Positions 1 to 10,205 of a stretch of 64,000 nucleotides of DNA are shown piece by piece. A program made the position numbers and the translations under genes. The notes under the pieces were generated by a model. It did not search any database. It was not told where the DNA came from and saw only the letters and a list, made by a program, of their open reading frames with translations. Source of the stretch: Polyangia bacterium (lineage in GTDB: Bacteria > Myxococcota_A > Polyangia > JAAYKL01). Positions within the stretch are counted from its first letter, which is position 1, and every line of letters begins with the position of its first letter. The stretch lies in contig JBNKCR010000018.1 of the NCBI GenBank assembly GCA_050287845.1, forward strand, positions 10,834 through 74,833. Reading direction: 5' to 3'.

Positions 1-2
1 AG

Positions 3-455
3 CTGATCATTCACAATGAAACCATTCACCCGCCGCACCTGAATCCGTCGTTATCTATCCGGTACTATTTCAATGTCAGCGAGTTCATTGAGAACGGCCA
101 GTCGGTTGATGACATTCGCATCCAGCTGACGTACGACGGTCGCAGTGTGGACAATGGCATGCTGAATTCCGGCGACGGCAAGCCCACCATTGTTACCGGA
201 CCTGTTCCGTACGACGAAGAGAATGGATTGTATTATTACGACTTCGCCTTTACCGGATGCAAATTCTACGGGTCCATCCCGCTTGAGTTTCAGATTGCGG
301 CCACCACAATTGGCTCGGATTTAAATTATTATATGGACGGCACCAACGACTACAGTGCACAGGGGCTTCCGGAAGGGAAGGATGCTGAGCATGTGGTGAC
401 CGAGAATGTGACCATGTACAGTGATGGTGAACTGATATGGGGAGTAGAACCATGA
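3..455 (+). CDS. 3' end of a gene running in from the window edge; C-terminal CBM3 (CBM3c-like) cellulose-binding module, probably of a GH9 cellulase
   Basis: The frame is open from base 3: LIIHNETIHPPHLNPSLSIRYYFNVSEFIENGQSVDDIRIQLTYD...TNDYSAQGL...ENVTMYSDGELIWGVEP. The RYYF, NDYS and terminal (L/I)WGxEP motifs are typical of CBM3. The catalytic domain is not in the window. Confidence 0.75.
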   Translation: MIIHNETIHPPHLNPSLSIRYYFNVSEFIENGQSVDDIRIQLTYDGRSVDNGMLNSGDGKPTIVTGPVPYDEENGLYYYDFAFTGCKFYGSIPLEFQIAATTIGSDLNYYMDGTNDYSAQGLPEGKDAEHVVTENVTMYSDGELIWGVEP

Positions 456-1630
456 TTCGATTTTGCTTTACACTTAACAGAAAACTTATGTTGTTATGGG
501 CTGTGCTCTGCACGGGAATGCTGCTGCTGCCAGCCTGTGAAAAGTCTCAGGCCGAAGAAGTGAGCGGTACACCAACCGATACCGGTGACGACATTCCAGA
601 CGAAACCGATACCGTCCCAACCGACACTGGCAAAAAGGATACGGGAACCGGGCGGGATACGGCACCGAAGGATACAGGAAGGTCGACTGAAACGGACACC
701 TGTGCCAATCTGGATTTGTCCCTCGAACGACAGCCCGCCACCATCATGCTGGTGATTGACCACTCCGCATCAATGGATTTGCAGATGGGCGATACCGATA
801 CCCGCTGGAGTGTGCTGGTGTATACCCTGATGGGTACCGTGGACAATCCGGAGAAGGGACTGGTCTGGAATCTGGAACAACGGGTTAATTTTGGTATGGT
901 GCTCTTTACGGCCAAACGCAATCAGCCTGAAACCTGTCCCATGCTGCAGACTGTGGCGCCAGCCCTCAATAACGGGGATGAAATTGGCGATATTTTCAAG
1001 GCCGATGACGAGACCTATAAAGGCGCATCCCCGGTTCCCGCGGGGATCGACGCTGCGGTTCAGCTGCTGAAGGAGATGGAGGGGCCCAGCAAGAAAGTGA
1101 TGTTGCTGGCCACTGATGGCGATCCCCAGACCTGTGATAATCTTGCAGTGAACGACGATGCGGCTGCGCAGGATGTTACAGTGAAAGCGGTTCAGGATGC
1201 CTATGCTGCCGGTATTACCACCTTTGTGATCGGACTTGATGATGCAACAGATGAACCCGCAGCGGCGTACCTGCAGCAGGTGGCGAATGCAGGTATTGGA
1301 CTGGACCCCAATGACAGTGAAAAAGCAGAGTTCCATCAGGGGTTGACCGAAAGCAGCCTGGTGGATGCCATCACGAATGTGATTGTTGAGGAAGCACAGA
1401 GTTGCGTTTACGAGCTCAACGGTAAAGGCGTCGCCGAAGGCCAGGAGTCCAAAGGTACCGTGACCCTCGATGGCAAAGAACTGGAGTTGAACAACACAGA
1501 ATACGGTTGGCGTCTGAAAAGTTCTTCTGAAATTGAATTGCTCGGCGGCGCCTGCGATGACATTCAGTTGGGAGAGCATCAGCTGACAGCGGATTTCCCC
1601 TGCGAAGCAATTGTTATCATCGTTGAATAG
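452..1630 (+). CDS. VWA-domain lipoprotein with Asp/Thr-rich linker
   Basis: Lipobox LPAC, DT-rich linker, MIDAS motif VIDHSASM, LATDG, TFVIG. The ATG at 452 overlaps the upstream stop (ATGA). Confidence 0.8.
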   Translation: MIRFCFTLNRKLMLLWAVLCTGMLLLPACEKSQAEEVSGTPTDTGDDIPDETDTVPTDTGKKDTGTGRDTAPKDTGRSTETDTCANLDLSLERQPATIMLVIDHSASMDLQMGDTDTRWSVLVYTLMGTVDNPEKGLVWNLEQRVNFGMVLFTAKRNQPETCPMLQTVAPALNNGDEIGDIFKADDETYKGASPVPAGIDAAVQLLKEMEGPSKKVMLLATDGDPQTCDNLAVNDDAAAQDVTVKAVQDAYAAGITTFVIGLDDATDEPAAAYLQQVANAGIGLDPNDSEKAEFHQGLTESSLVDAITNVIVEEAQSCVYELNGKGVAEGQESKGTVTLDGKELELNNTEYGWRLKSSSEIELLGGACDDIQLGEHQLTADFPCEAIVIIVE

Positions 1631-1666
1631 TCTCCTTCCCAGAGTCTCGGCGCTGTGCCGGGTTGC

Positions 1667-2170
1667 TCATTTTTTTCTCCATCCCGCACGGAATCGCTCT
1701 TTCACACAGGATTGAATTTTTTCTTTACTCATGTTTGGATAAGGGGCCTCTTCTTCGAGCATGCCGGTATCGATGAGGGCATTGGTTACTGCCAGCACCG
1801 GGTCTTTACGGATCTGACACTCCCAGATCACTCCGACAATCCAGCCCATCTCTTTCAGCGCTGTCTGATTCCGGTGGTCTCTCAACACATTTTCAGTAAA
1901 TTTCTGTTTCCAGAAAACCGCGTTCTTCGTTGGGGTCGTCGCATTGCTGCAACGCGGATGCCGATGCCAATAGCACCCGTGAACGAACAGGGCGGTTCGG
2001 TATTTGGGAAACACGATGTCCGGGGTACCGGGCAAATCTTTTCGATTCAGCCGAAAGCGAAATCCCATCCGATGCAGAATGCTGCGAACGGTCAGCTCCG
2101 GCTTTGTATCTTTCGCCCGGATGCGACTCATATTCCATGAACGTTTTTCTGAAGTGAGTCGATCGTTCAT
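1667..2170 (-). CDS. vsr: Very short patch repair endonuclease
   Basis: MNDRLTSEKRSWNMSRIRAKDTKPE, LPGTPDIVF, FVHGCYWHRH, FWKQKF..NVLRD, VIWEC. Confidence 0.93.
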   Translation of the reverse strand: MNDRLTSEKRSWNMSRIRAKDTKPELTVRSILHRMGFRFRLNRKDLPGTPDIVFPKYRTALFVHGCYWHRHPRCSNATTPTKNAVFWKQKFTENVLRDHRNQTALKEMGWIVGVIWECQIRKDPVLAVTNALIDTGMLEEEAPYPNMSKEKIQSCVKERFRAGWRKK

Positions 2171-2238
2171 AATTCGAGGACCAGACCCAGTCCATTGCAA
2201 CCAGCCACAAAAAAAACGGTCAGCACAGTTGTAATAAG

Positions 2239-2256
2239 ATGAGATAATAATCTCAT
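2239..2256. promoter_or_regulatory. Perfect 7-4-7 palindrome (ATGAGAT-AATA-ATCTCAT), candidate operator
   Basis: Inverted repeat in the AT-rich divergent intergenic region between vsr and the TetR gene. Confidence 0.4.
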
Positions 2257-2558
2257 AAACATTGTGTCCTCTGAAGCTCAGTTTCCTGTCTGGTCAAACG
2301 GGGATCCCGGCATTCGCCGGATTGCCCTGATGGGGTATAATACTGTGATTGTCGTGAAAATTGAAACTTTCTGCCGGGGACGACTATAAAAATTAAATCG
2401 ACAGAAGGACCATTGGCAGCCGCAATTCCTGTGGCAACCCCGGTATTGAATTAATTTGGTATCATTCGGCCTCCCCAAAAAACGTAGCTCGAGTATAGTA
2501 AACTGGCGTTACGTAGGATTGAACCGGAACAACAGGATGGCTCAGAAGACGGGGGAAC

Positions 2559-3179
2559 ATGACAAAACATCGGAATAAAGAAAAATGGATTGCCGCGATT
2601 CTGGAAGCGGCCAGCGTTGAAATCGATGAGAAAGGGTATGCTGACTTCAGCATGGAAGCCATTGTCCGCCGGACCGGATTCAGCAAAGGGGGCATTTACA
2701 GGTTCTTCAGCAACAAATCTGAAGTAGCGCTGCAACTGTTCATTCAGGCCTATGAAGCCCAACTGGCGTTCGATGCGGAAGAGTGTCTGAACTGGAATCT
2801 GCCAATGGATGAGACCGTTTTTCGCCTGTTCGTGCGATACAGAATCCCGGAAGAAGGCGCCAGGGCATTGGATCGAATCTGGATTCGATTATTGCCGGAG
2901 GTATTGAATGACAGCCGGTTCAGCGAGAAACGGGCAGAGTTGTTATCTGCCATCCGGGAAAAAATTGGAAATCTGTGTATCGCAATTGCCCATAGAGACA
3001 ACATTGCCGTTCCCGGGAACTTTGCCAGCCGGCTCGCCGATTCATTTGAGCTCAGTGCCGCATTGCTCGAAGGACTGTCTGTGCAAACTGCGTTGGGGGG
3101 GGCACTGTCCCATCAGCGGGTTCTGGTGCAATCATTTATCAGTCAGATCATTCGGAATCTGTTTGTCGAAAATGACTGA
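2559..3179 (+). CDS. TetR/AcrR family transcriptional regulator
   Basis: N-terminal HTH ILEAA...KGYADFSMEAIVRRTGFSKGGIYRFFSNK. Confidence 0.9.
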   Translation: MTKHRNKEKWIAAILEAASVEIDEKGYADFSMEAIVRRTGFSKGGIYRFFSNKSEVALQLFIQAYEAQLAFDAEECLNWNLPMDETVFRLFVRYRIPEEGARALDRIWIRLLPEVLNDSRFSEKRAELLSAIREKIGNLCIAIAHRDNIAVPGNFASRLADSFELSAALLEGLSVQTALGGALSHQRVLVQSFISQIIRNLFVEND

Positions 3180-3325
3180 TATTCATTTTTTAACCATGGG
3201 TGAAATCGAGGCGTTGTGCTCTTAGCACACATCCACCGCAACCGCGTGAATTACGTTATATTCTAGTGCTTTTTCCGATGTTTTTCGGTTATCCGCAGCA
3301 TTATCTGATGACAAACCAAATGGAT

Positions 3326-3340
3326 TGGCATATGAAATGC
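3326..3340 (+). promoter_or_regulatory. Candidate sigma54 -24/-12 promoter upstream of the serA-like gene
   Basis: TGGCAT-ATGAA-ATGC (GG-N10-GC spacing), about 80 nt before the ATG. Confidence 0.35.
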
Positions 3341-3419
3341 GGGTCATTCAATCAGGTGCGTTGGAGATGCGGGTGCATATTCATAGCGCTTACAGATAAT
3401 TCGCATATAGGAGGCATAG

Positions 3420-4343
3420 ATGTCGAAAACAGTGTTGGTCGCAACCGAAAAACCTTTTGCCAAGGCCGCCGTGGATGGTATCCGCGAGGTTCTGGACAGT
3501 GCCGGATATACCTTGAATCTGCTTGAAAACTACACGGATAAGTCCGAATTGCTGAATGCCATTTCCACCGTGGACGCAGTGATTATCCGCAGTGATAAAG
3601 TCACAGAAGACGTCATTGCAGCGGGAAAAAATCTCAAAATTGTTGTTCGCGCCGGTGCGGGATTTGACAATGTGGATTGTGCCGCAGCTACTGGCGCCGA
3701 TGTGACAGTGATGAACACCCCGGGGCAGAACTCCAATGCGGTAGCTGAGCTGGCATTTGGGATGATGCTGAATCTGGCGCGTAAGAATTACAGTGGTAAA
3801 GCTGGTACCGAACTCCGCGGGAAAACAATTGGCATTCATGCCTATGGCAATATCGGCAAAATTGTTGCGGTTATCGCCAAAGGATTCGGGATGTCCGTGA
3901 AAGCCTACGATCCGTTCGTGGACAACGCCATTATCGAAGCCGATGGGGTCGAGTCCGTGGATTCGATTGAAGCCCTGTACAGTAGCTGTGACTACATCTC
4001 CCTTCACATTCCGGCAACCGGACAGACGAAAAAATCCATTAACTATGATTTACTGTCATCCATGAAATCCGGCGCTGCCCTCATTAACACAGCGAGAAAA
4101 GAAGTGATTGATGAGGATGGTCTGGTGAAAGCCATGACGGAACGGACGGATTTGCTTTATGGTTCGGATTTGACGCCGGATTGTCTCTCGACACTGGTGA
4201 ATATAGCGGGCGAGCGGGTATTTGTGACCGCCAAAAAAATGGGCGCGCAGACAGCGGAAGCCAACATTAATGCGGGCATTGCCGCCGCCCGTCAAATTGT
4301 GGATTTCTTCGAAAACGGCGATGTGAAGTTCAAGGTGAACTGA
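3420..4343 (+). CDS. serA: D-3-phosphoglycerate dehydrogenase-like D-2-hydroxyacid dehydrogenase (short form, no ACT domain)
   Basis: [63 protein letters not shown] upstream. Confidence 0.8.
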   Translation: MSKTVLVATEKPFAKAAVDGIREVLDSAGYTLNLLENYTDKSELLNAISTVDAVIIRSDKVTEDVIAAGKNLKIVVRAGAGFDNVDCAAATGADVTVMNTPGQNSNAVAELAFGMMLNLARKNYSGKAGTELRGKTIGIHAYGNIGKIVAVIAKGFGMSVKAYDPFVDNAIIEADGVESVDSIEALYSSCDYISLHIPATGQTKKSINYDLLSSMKSGAALINTARKEVIDEDGLVKAMTERTDLLYGSDLTPDCLSTLVNIAGERVFVTAKKMGAQTAEANINAGIAAARQIVDFFENGDVKFKVN

Positions 4344-4395
4344 GCAGCGCTCGCGCTCATGTCGGCACTTCATTTCCGTTCATGCCGGGTTTACA

Positions 4396-4588
4396 TTTTT
4401 CACCACCAAACCGGTGGGCAAGGGGACAGGGCCGGGACTTTCTATTTCGTATTCCATCATTGTGAAAGAACATAACTGGAAAATGCATTTTTGAAAGAGG
4501 TGCAGCGGGCGGTGCGAACTTTGTTATTGAACTGCCCGTGTGCGATTCGTTGAACGATGGCCCTACTGAATATACCGCCGATGGTTGA
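4396..4588 (+). pseudogene. Frameshifted remnant of a histidine-kinase ATPase (HATPase_c) C-terminus
   Basis: Hand translation: [32 protein letters not shown] (4396-4494), then after +1 T in a T-run ERGAAGGANFVIELPVCDS... (4493-4588). This matches the F/G2/G3 boxes FFTTKxxGxGTGLGLSIxxxIxxxHGG...GGxxFxIxLP. Confidence 0.8.
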
Positions 4589-4734
4589 TTCGGGCGTGGG
4601 AGACATCCTCCCATCCAGATGCAGTCTCGCGTATTTAAAGCAAATGATCCCTTGTACCGATTGATGTCTCGTTTTATAACGCCTCCCTGTTGATGGAATC
4701 CCGGCGGGAAGGCCGGTTGTGATGGAGTATATAT

Positions 4735-7356
4735 ATGGCAGCGAAGTATCAACCGAATGAAATCGAATCCAGGTGGCAGCAGTACTGGGAAAAAGAGCGT
4801 ACGTTCTACACCCGAGAGGAATCGGATGCCCCCAAATTCTACATGCTGGAAATGTTTCCCTATCCTTCCGGCAGACTGCATATGGGGCACGTTCGCAATT
4901 ACTCCATTGGCGATGTGGTGGCCCGCTACAAAGTGAAATGCGGTTACCACGTGATGCATCCGTTTGGTTGGGATGCATTCGGTTTACCTGCGGAAAACGC
5001 CGCTATAGAGCGGGGGGTTCACCCGGCCGGATGGACTTATGCAAATATTAAAGACATGCGGGGCCAGCTTCAGAAGCTCGGTCTGGGGTATGACTGGGAT
5101 CGCGAAATTGCCACGTGTCATCCCGATTATTACCGATGGGAACAGCTCATTTTTATACGGGCCTACGAAAAAGGGCTTGTTTACCGCAAAAAGGCGCTGG
5201 TGAACTGGTCAGAAAAAATGCAGACCGTGCTGGCCAATGAGCAGGTAATTGATGGGGTGGACTATCGCTATGGATTGCCGGTGATTCAGAAGGAGTTGAC
5301 CCAGTGGTTCTTTAAAACCACCGCATATGCCGAGGAATTGCTCGACGGTATCGACAATGTGCTGGAAGAAAACTGGCCCAGGCGGGTGGTACTGGAGCAG
5401 CGCTCCCGAATCGGAAAGAGCCACGGCGCCCGGGTGGAATTCAAGCTGGAAGAGCCGGTCGACGGGGAAACTTTGCTGCCGGTATTTACCACCCGCCCCG
5501 ATACCCTGTGGGGGGTTACATTCATGAGTCTTGCGGCGGAGCATCCAATGGCACTCAAACTCGCCGCCGGTACGGAACGGCAGGAAGTGGTGCATGGCTT
5601 TGTGCAGAAAGTGCTGGCTGAGGACAAGCGAAAGCGAGGGTCAGAGGATTATGAAAAGCAAGGGGTATTTACGGGAAAATATTGCATTAATCCGGTAAAT
5701 GGCGTTCGGGTTCCCGTGTATATCGCCAACTTTGTGCTGATGGACTACGGAACCGGGGCAGTGATGGCCGTACCAGCCCACGATCAGCGCGATTTTGAAT
5801 TCGCCCGGAAGTATGGTTTGCCGGTGGAGGCGGTTATTCAGCCGGATGCAAATACAGCACTCAATCCCGCTGACATGACTGAAGCGTACGTGGACGATGG
5901 CGTTATGGTGAATTCTGCGCAGTTCACTGGCCGCAATAATCGGGAAGCCATTGAATCCATTGCCGACTACCTGGCGGAAAAGGGATGGGGCGGAAAAACC
6001 ATCAATTACCGCCTCCGCGATTGGTGTGTATCCAGACAGCGATACTGGGGCGCGCCCATTCCGGTGGTGTACTGCGACAAATGTGATGTGGTGCCGGTTC
6101 CTGAAGACCAGCTTCCCGTGACGTTGCCCGAAGATGTGAAGTTCGAAGCAGAAGGGGGTTCGCCCCTTGCAAAGTGTGAGTCGTTCGTGCACACCGTCTG
6201 TCCCGGATGTGGTGGCCCGGCCAGAAGGGAAACCGATACGTTCGATACATTCATGGAATCATCGTGGTATCAGTTGCGATACGCATCTCCCAGATATGAA
6301 GGTGGTCCGGTGGATCCGGCAGCCATCGAAAAGTGGTTACCGGTAGATCAGTACATCGGTGGAATTGAACATGCGGTGGGCCATCTGATGTATAGCCGGT
6401 TTTACCATCGACTGATGCAGGATTTGGGCTTTTTTCCTGAAACGGTGTCGCCGGAACCATTTCACCGGCTGTTGACCCAGGGCATGGTATGCAAGGAAAC
6501 CCGGTTCACCCGGGACGAAAATGGCAATCCGGTGTGGCACACCGATGACGATATCGATGAAAACGGACTGAGTCGCAAGAATGGCAGGAAGGTGCTTACC
6601 GGGCGGGTGGAGAAAATGTCGAAGTCTAAATACAACGGCGTTGACCCCGAAGCCATCATGAAAAAGTATGGAGTGGATTCGGCGCGAATGTTTGTTCTGT
6701 TTGCAGCGCCGCCGGAAAATGATCTGGTGTGGAAGGATGAGGGCGTCGATGGCGTGCATCGGTTCCTTACCCGGGTGTGGAACATGGTACAACAGCGCAT
6801 GGACGAGCTGAAGAATGCTGCGGTGTTCGACGGAAATGCAGCCGCCCTGAGTGATGCCGGACAGGAACTTCGCAAGCTGACGCATCAGACCATCAAGGGA
6901 GTGACAGAAGATGTTCATGAACGATTCCATTTCAATACGGCAATTGCCAAAATCATGGAGTTCATGAACGCCATTTCGAAGTTCCGTGTGGACGGGAAAA
7001 ATGATGCGGACGCGGCGGTCCAGAAAGAAGCGGTGCTGGCCCTGACAAATCTGTTGTCTCCATTTGCCCCCCATATCTGTGAAGAAATATGGCAATTGCT
7101 GGGACAATCCGGCAATGTGGCCACAACGGCATGGCCCTCTTTTGATGAAGAAGCAATCAAAGAAAATACGATCACTATCGCCATTCAGGTGATGGGCAAG
7201 ATGCGGGGTACCGTTGAGGCGCCAGCCGGTTGCTCAAAAGAGGAGATGGAAAAACTCGCCCTTGCACACGAAAACATTCAAAAGCATATTGAAGGTAAGA
7301 CCATCCGGAAGGTCATTGTGGTCCCCGGCAAGCTGGTCAACATCGTTGCGAATTGA
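4735..7356 (+). CDS. leuS: Leucine--tRNA ligase
   Basis: EMFPYPSGRLHMGH (HIGH), FTTRPDT, GTGAVMAVPAHD (CP1 editing), SRQRYWG, KMSKS, C-terminal VPGKLVNIV. Confidence 0.98.
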   Translation: MAAKYQPNEIESRWQQYWEKERTFYTREESDAPKFYMLEMFPYPSGRLHMGHVRNYSIGDVVARYKVKCGYHVMHPFGWDAFGLPAENAAIERGVHPAGWTYANIKDMRGQLQKLGLGYDWDREIATCHPDYYRWEQLIFIRAYEKGLVYRKKALVNWSEKMQTVLANEQVIDGVDYRYGLPVIQKELTQWFFKTTAYAEELLDGIDNVLEENWPRRVVLEQRSRIGKSHGARVEFKLEEPVDGETLLPVFTTRPDTLWGVTFMSLAAEHPMALKLAAGTERQEVVHGFVQKVLAEDKRKRGSEDYEKQGVFTGKYCINPVNGVRVPVYIANFVLMDYGTGAVMAVPAHDQRDFEFARKYGLPVEAVIQPDANTALNPADMTEAYVDDGVMVNSAQFTGRNNREAIESIADYLAEKGWGGKTINYRLRDWCVSRQRYWGAPIPVVYCDKCDVVPVPEDQLPVTLPEDVKFEAEGGSPLAKCESFVHTVCPGCGGPARRETDTFDTFMESSWYQLRYASPRYEGGPVDPAAIEKWLPVDQYIGGIEHAVGHLMYSRFYHRLMQDLGFFPETVSPEPFHRLLTQGMVCKETRFTRDENGNPVWHTDDDIDENGLSRKNGRKVLTGRVEKMSKSKYNGVDPEAIMKKYGVDSARMFVLFAAPPENDLVWKDEGVDGVHRFLTRVWNMVQQRMDELKNAAVFDGNAAALSDAGQELRKLTHQTIKGVTEDVHERFHFNTAIAKIMEFMNAISKFRVDGKNDADAAVQKEAVLALTNLLSPFAPHICEEIWQLLGQSGNVATTAWPSFDEEAIKENTITIAIQVMGKMRGTVEAPAGCSKEEMEKLALAHENIQKHIEGKTIRKVIVVPGKLVNIVAN

Positions 7357-7378
7357 GCGCGGATAATACGGAGAATCA

Positions 7379-8164
7379 ATGTCGAACATTGTCATTAAAA
7401 GTGAAGCAGATCTGGTGGAAATGCGAAAGGCCTGCAAGCTGGCAGCCAGAACCCTGGTGGAAGCGGCCAAATTAATTGCACCAGGCGTTACGACAGACGA
7501 AATTAATCGATTTGTGCATGACTACACCATTAAACACAATGCCACGCCCGCCCCGCTGGGATATCGCGGATATCCCAAAAGTGTATGTACATCCGTCAAT
7601 GAGGTGATTTGCCACGGGATTCCCAGTGATCGAAAGCTGAATGAAGGCGACATCATCAACGTGGATGTGACGTCCATTCTGAACGGCTGGCACGGGGATG
7701 TCTCTGCCACATTTTATGTGGGCAACGTTTCTGATGAAGTGCGTAATCTGGTGGAAGTCACCCGGGAGTGTCTGAAAAGAGGCATAGAAAAAGTGAAGCC
7801 CAAAACCCGGCTGGGAGATATTGGCGCGGTGATTCAGCAATACGCGGAGTCCAACGGTTTTTCAGTGGTGCAGGATTTTGTGGGGCATGGCATTGGTCGC
7901 AATTTTCATGAAGGGCCGCAGGTGTTGCACTTTGGTAAGGCAGGCCGGGGACAGCGGCTGATTCAGGGAATGACTTTCACCATTGAGCCCATGATCAACC
8001 AGGGCGATTACCGTTCTGTCATTCTGGACGACGACTGGACGGCGGTCACCGTTGACGGCAAGTTGTCCGCGCAATTCGAGCATACCATTGCGGTGACGAA
8101 TGACGGCGTTGAAATTATGACGGCGTTCGACGAACCGCTCCTTAACAGCGAAGTTTTCAAGTAA
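7379..8164 (+). CDS. map: Methionine aminopeptidase type I
   Basis: CTSVNEVICHGIP, NVDVT, HGD, GHGIGRNFHE, TIEPMIN, SAQFEHT. Confidence 0.97.
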   Translation: MSNIVIKSEADLVEMRKACKLAARTLVEAAKLIAPGVTTDEINRFVHDYTIKHNATPAPLGYRGYPKSVCTSVNEVICHGIPSDRKLNEGDIINVDVTSILNGWHGDVSATFYVGNVSDEVRNLVEVTRECLKRGIEKVKPKTRLGDIGAVIQQYAESNGFSVVQDFVGHGIGRNFHEGPQVLHFGKAGRGQRLIQGMTFTIEPMINQGDYRSVILDDDWTAVTVDGKLSAQFEHTIAVTNDGVEIMTAFDEPLLNSEVFK

Positions 8165-8165
8165 T

Positions 8166-9335
8166 TCAATGGGCGCAGTGATGGTGCGCAATCACATCAT
8201 CGTAGATGGATTCCAGCTGTTTCACCCGCGAAACGATGTTGTACTCCGATTCCATTTTGATTCGTGCGGCAATGCCCATCTGCGCGCGGAGATCCCGATT
8301 GTTCAGCAGCGCAATCAGATGTTTTGCAATGGATGCTGCGTCACGTTCCGGCACCAGAAATCCCGTTTCGCCATGGTCGATAATATCCGGGATACCACCA
8401 TGCAGGGTGCCGATTCCCGGAACACCTGAGGCAGCGGCTTCCTTGAGGACAATGATGCCGGATTCCCGGTCTAGATTTTTCGCAATGACGCTCGGGGCCA
8501 TTACCACAAACGCCTGATTCATGAGATCCCGCACGTCATTGTGGGGAAGGGGGCCGGTGAAGCGCACGTGGGACGACAGGTTCAGCTCGGAAACCAACCG
8601 TTCGCATTCCATGCGCAGCGGTCCATCTCCCACCAGCACCAGCTTAAAGTTACACCCTGCATCCCGGGCCATGGCGGCAGCCCGGATGCCGTAGATATGA
8701 CCTTTTTTTTCTACAAATCTACCCACCATCAGTACGATGGGCGCCGTTCCGGCAAGGGGGGTGTTGGTGGGCTGAAACATGTCAAGGTCGATACCCAACG
8801 GATTGACAATCACTTTTTCGGCAGGACATCCAATCTGTTCCATCAGTTGCTTCAGTTCCGTGGATGCAGCAAGGAACAGATTGGCGTCGCGGAACAATGT
8901 CCGAAAACCGGAAAGGTATTTCCAGTACCCGGGATGAAACCGATCGTTGCCAAGCAGGATGGTGACGTCTCTGCCATGAAGGGAAACCACCAGCGGCAGC
9001 TTGAAGGCCCTGGCGTATGGAAGCGCGTACAGGCCATTGTGGCCAAAATGGGCGTGGAGAATATCCGGCTGCAGCTTATGGATTGATTCGAAAAACCGTT
9101 TGTTTCGTCCGGTCAGTCCATACCAGAGCGATGCCAGCGGGTGTCGCTCCTCTGGCAGTTTTTCCACATACTCCACCTGATGTCCCGGGAACTGTGCGTG
9201 GTTTTTCCACTGCCGGGTAAAAACCGTTGCCTCATATCGTTCGTGATGACGAAGCTCATCGTGAATGAAGGTTTCTGAATAGTGCAAAAATACATTGCGA
9301 AAGAGTCCAACATGTCGCTTCTCTGTGTCGGTCAC
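8166..9335 (-). CDS. GT4 glycosyltransferase (WcaL-like)
   Basis: SETFI, HAHFG, HGRD, VGRFVEKKG, ESGIIVLKEA, HGGIPD. Confidence 0.88.
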   Translation of the reverse strand: MTDTEKRHVGLFRNVFLHYSETFIHDELRHHERYEATVFTRQWKNHAQFPGHQVEYVEKLPEERHPLASLWYGLTGRNKRFFESIHKLQPDILHAHFGHNGLYALPYARAFKLPLVVSLHGRDVTILLGNDRFHPGYWKYLSGFRTLFRDANLFLAASTELKQLMEQIGCPAEKVIVNPLGIDLDMFQPTNTPLAGTAPIVLMVGRFVEKKGHIYGIRAAAMARDAGCNFKLVLVGDGPLRMECERLVSELNLSSHVRFTGPLPHNDVRDLMNQAFVVMAPSVIAKNLDRESGIIVLKEAAASGVPGIGTLHGGIPDIIDHGETGFLVPERDAASIAKHLIALLNNRDLRAQMGIAARIKMESEYNIVSRVKQLESIYDDVIAHHHCAH

Positions 9336-9478
9336 CCGTGGTTTCTCCTTCTCGGTTTAATTTCACCAGTCGCGTATTCAACCGGCACATTGGCACCTGG
9401 CTGCGGCTTTACCATATCCGGGCACAAAAGAGCAGGAGAATGTTCCGCCTCGAAAAATTTTTCATGGACCCCGGGACG

Positions 9479-9922
9479 TCACCCCGGCAACGTGCTCTCC
9501 ACCCACTGAACGATGCGGTTGGCGTCCATTGCGCCGGAGGCTCTGTTGACTTCCTTACCATCCCGGAACAACGCCATAGTGGGAATGGAGCGAATATTGT
9601 ACATGGCCGAAATCTGCGGTTCCTTTTCGGTGTTGAGCTTGAGGTACACAACTTTGCCTGAATGACGGCTGGCGGCGCCTTCGAATTGAGGCGCCATCAT
9701 CCGGCAGGGTCCACACCAGGGGGCCCAGAAATCGACAAGGACCGGCAGATTGCTTCGGGCGATAATCCGGGAAAATATTTCTCCATTCACTTCGCTGGGC
9801 TTCGGGGAAATCAACGGCAGGTGGCACTTTCCGCATTTGCCATCGATGACATCCTTTGTGGGTGGAATCGCGTTCGCGGCGCCACAGTGGGTACAGACAA
9901 CGAGTTTGTTGTTATCACTCAT
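9479..9922 (-). CDS. trxC: Thioredoxin 2 (Zn-binding TrxC)
   Basis: N-terminal CTHC/CGKC zinc site plus DFWAPWCGPC. GGAGG RBS before the ATG at 9922. Confidence 0.93.
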   Translation of the reverse strand: MSDNNKLVVCTHCGAANAIPPTKDVIDGKCGKCHLPLISPKPSEVNGEIFSRIIARSNLPVLVDFWAPWCGPCRMMAPQFEGAASRHSGKVVYLKLNTEKEPQISAMYNIRSIPTMALFRDGKEVNRASGAMDANRIVQWVESTLPG

Positions 9923-10205
9923 GTTTACCTCCCTCTCACAAACTTTATGCCCCAATCGGTGGCGGTCAAGGAGAAGTGATTTGGTTTGCACGCCATCCGT
10001 TTCATCGTTATAATTTCTGTGGAGGTTTGCCTGGCCCAAATGCGAAAAATCAGAAAAAGTCGTCGCCCAATCCGGTCTTCAATTCATCACATTCTCACTG
10101 TTTCAAATCACGACGAACCCATGGCGGCAATAGCGCCTCGACAATAGCGTGGCACGCCGTCCAACGTGTTGGCGGTAAACCGAATTAACAAAATGGAGGT
10201 TCGCA

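Noticed and set aside
770-1579. 269-aa minus-strand ORF
   Set aside because: Antisense shadow of the VWA gene with no motifs.
4357-4959. 200-aa minus-strand ORF over the serA-leuS gap
   Set aside because: Explained as antisense of leuS and of the kinase remnant.
10150-10166. TGGCACG, a sigma54 -24 element upstream of the GNAT gene
   Set aside because: No GC at the -12 position.
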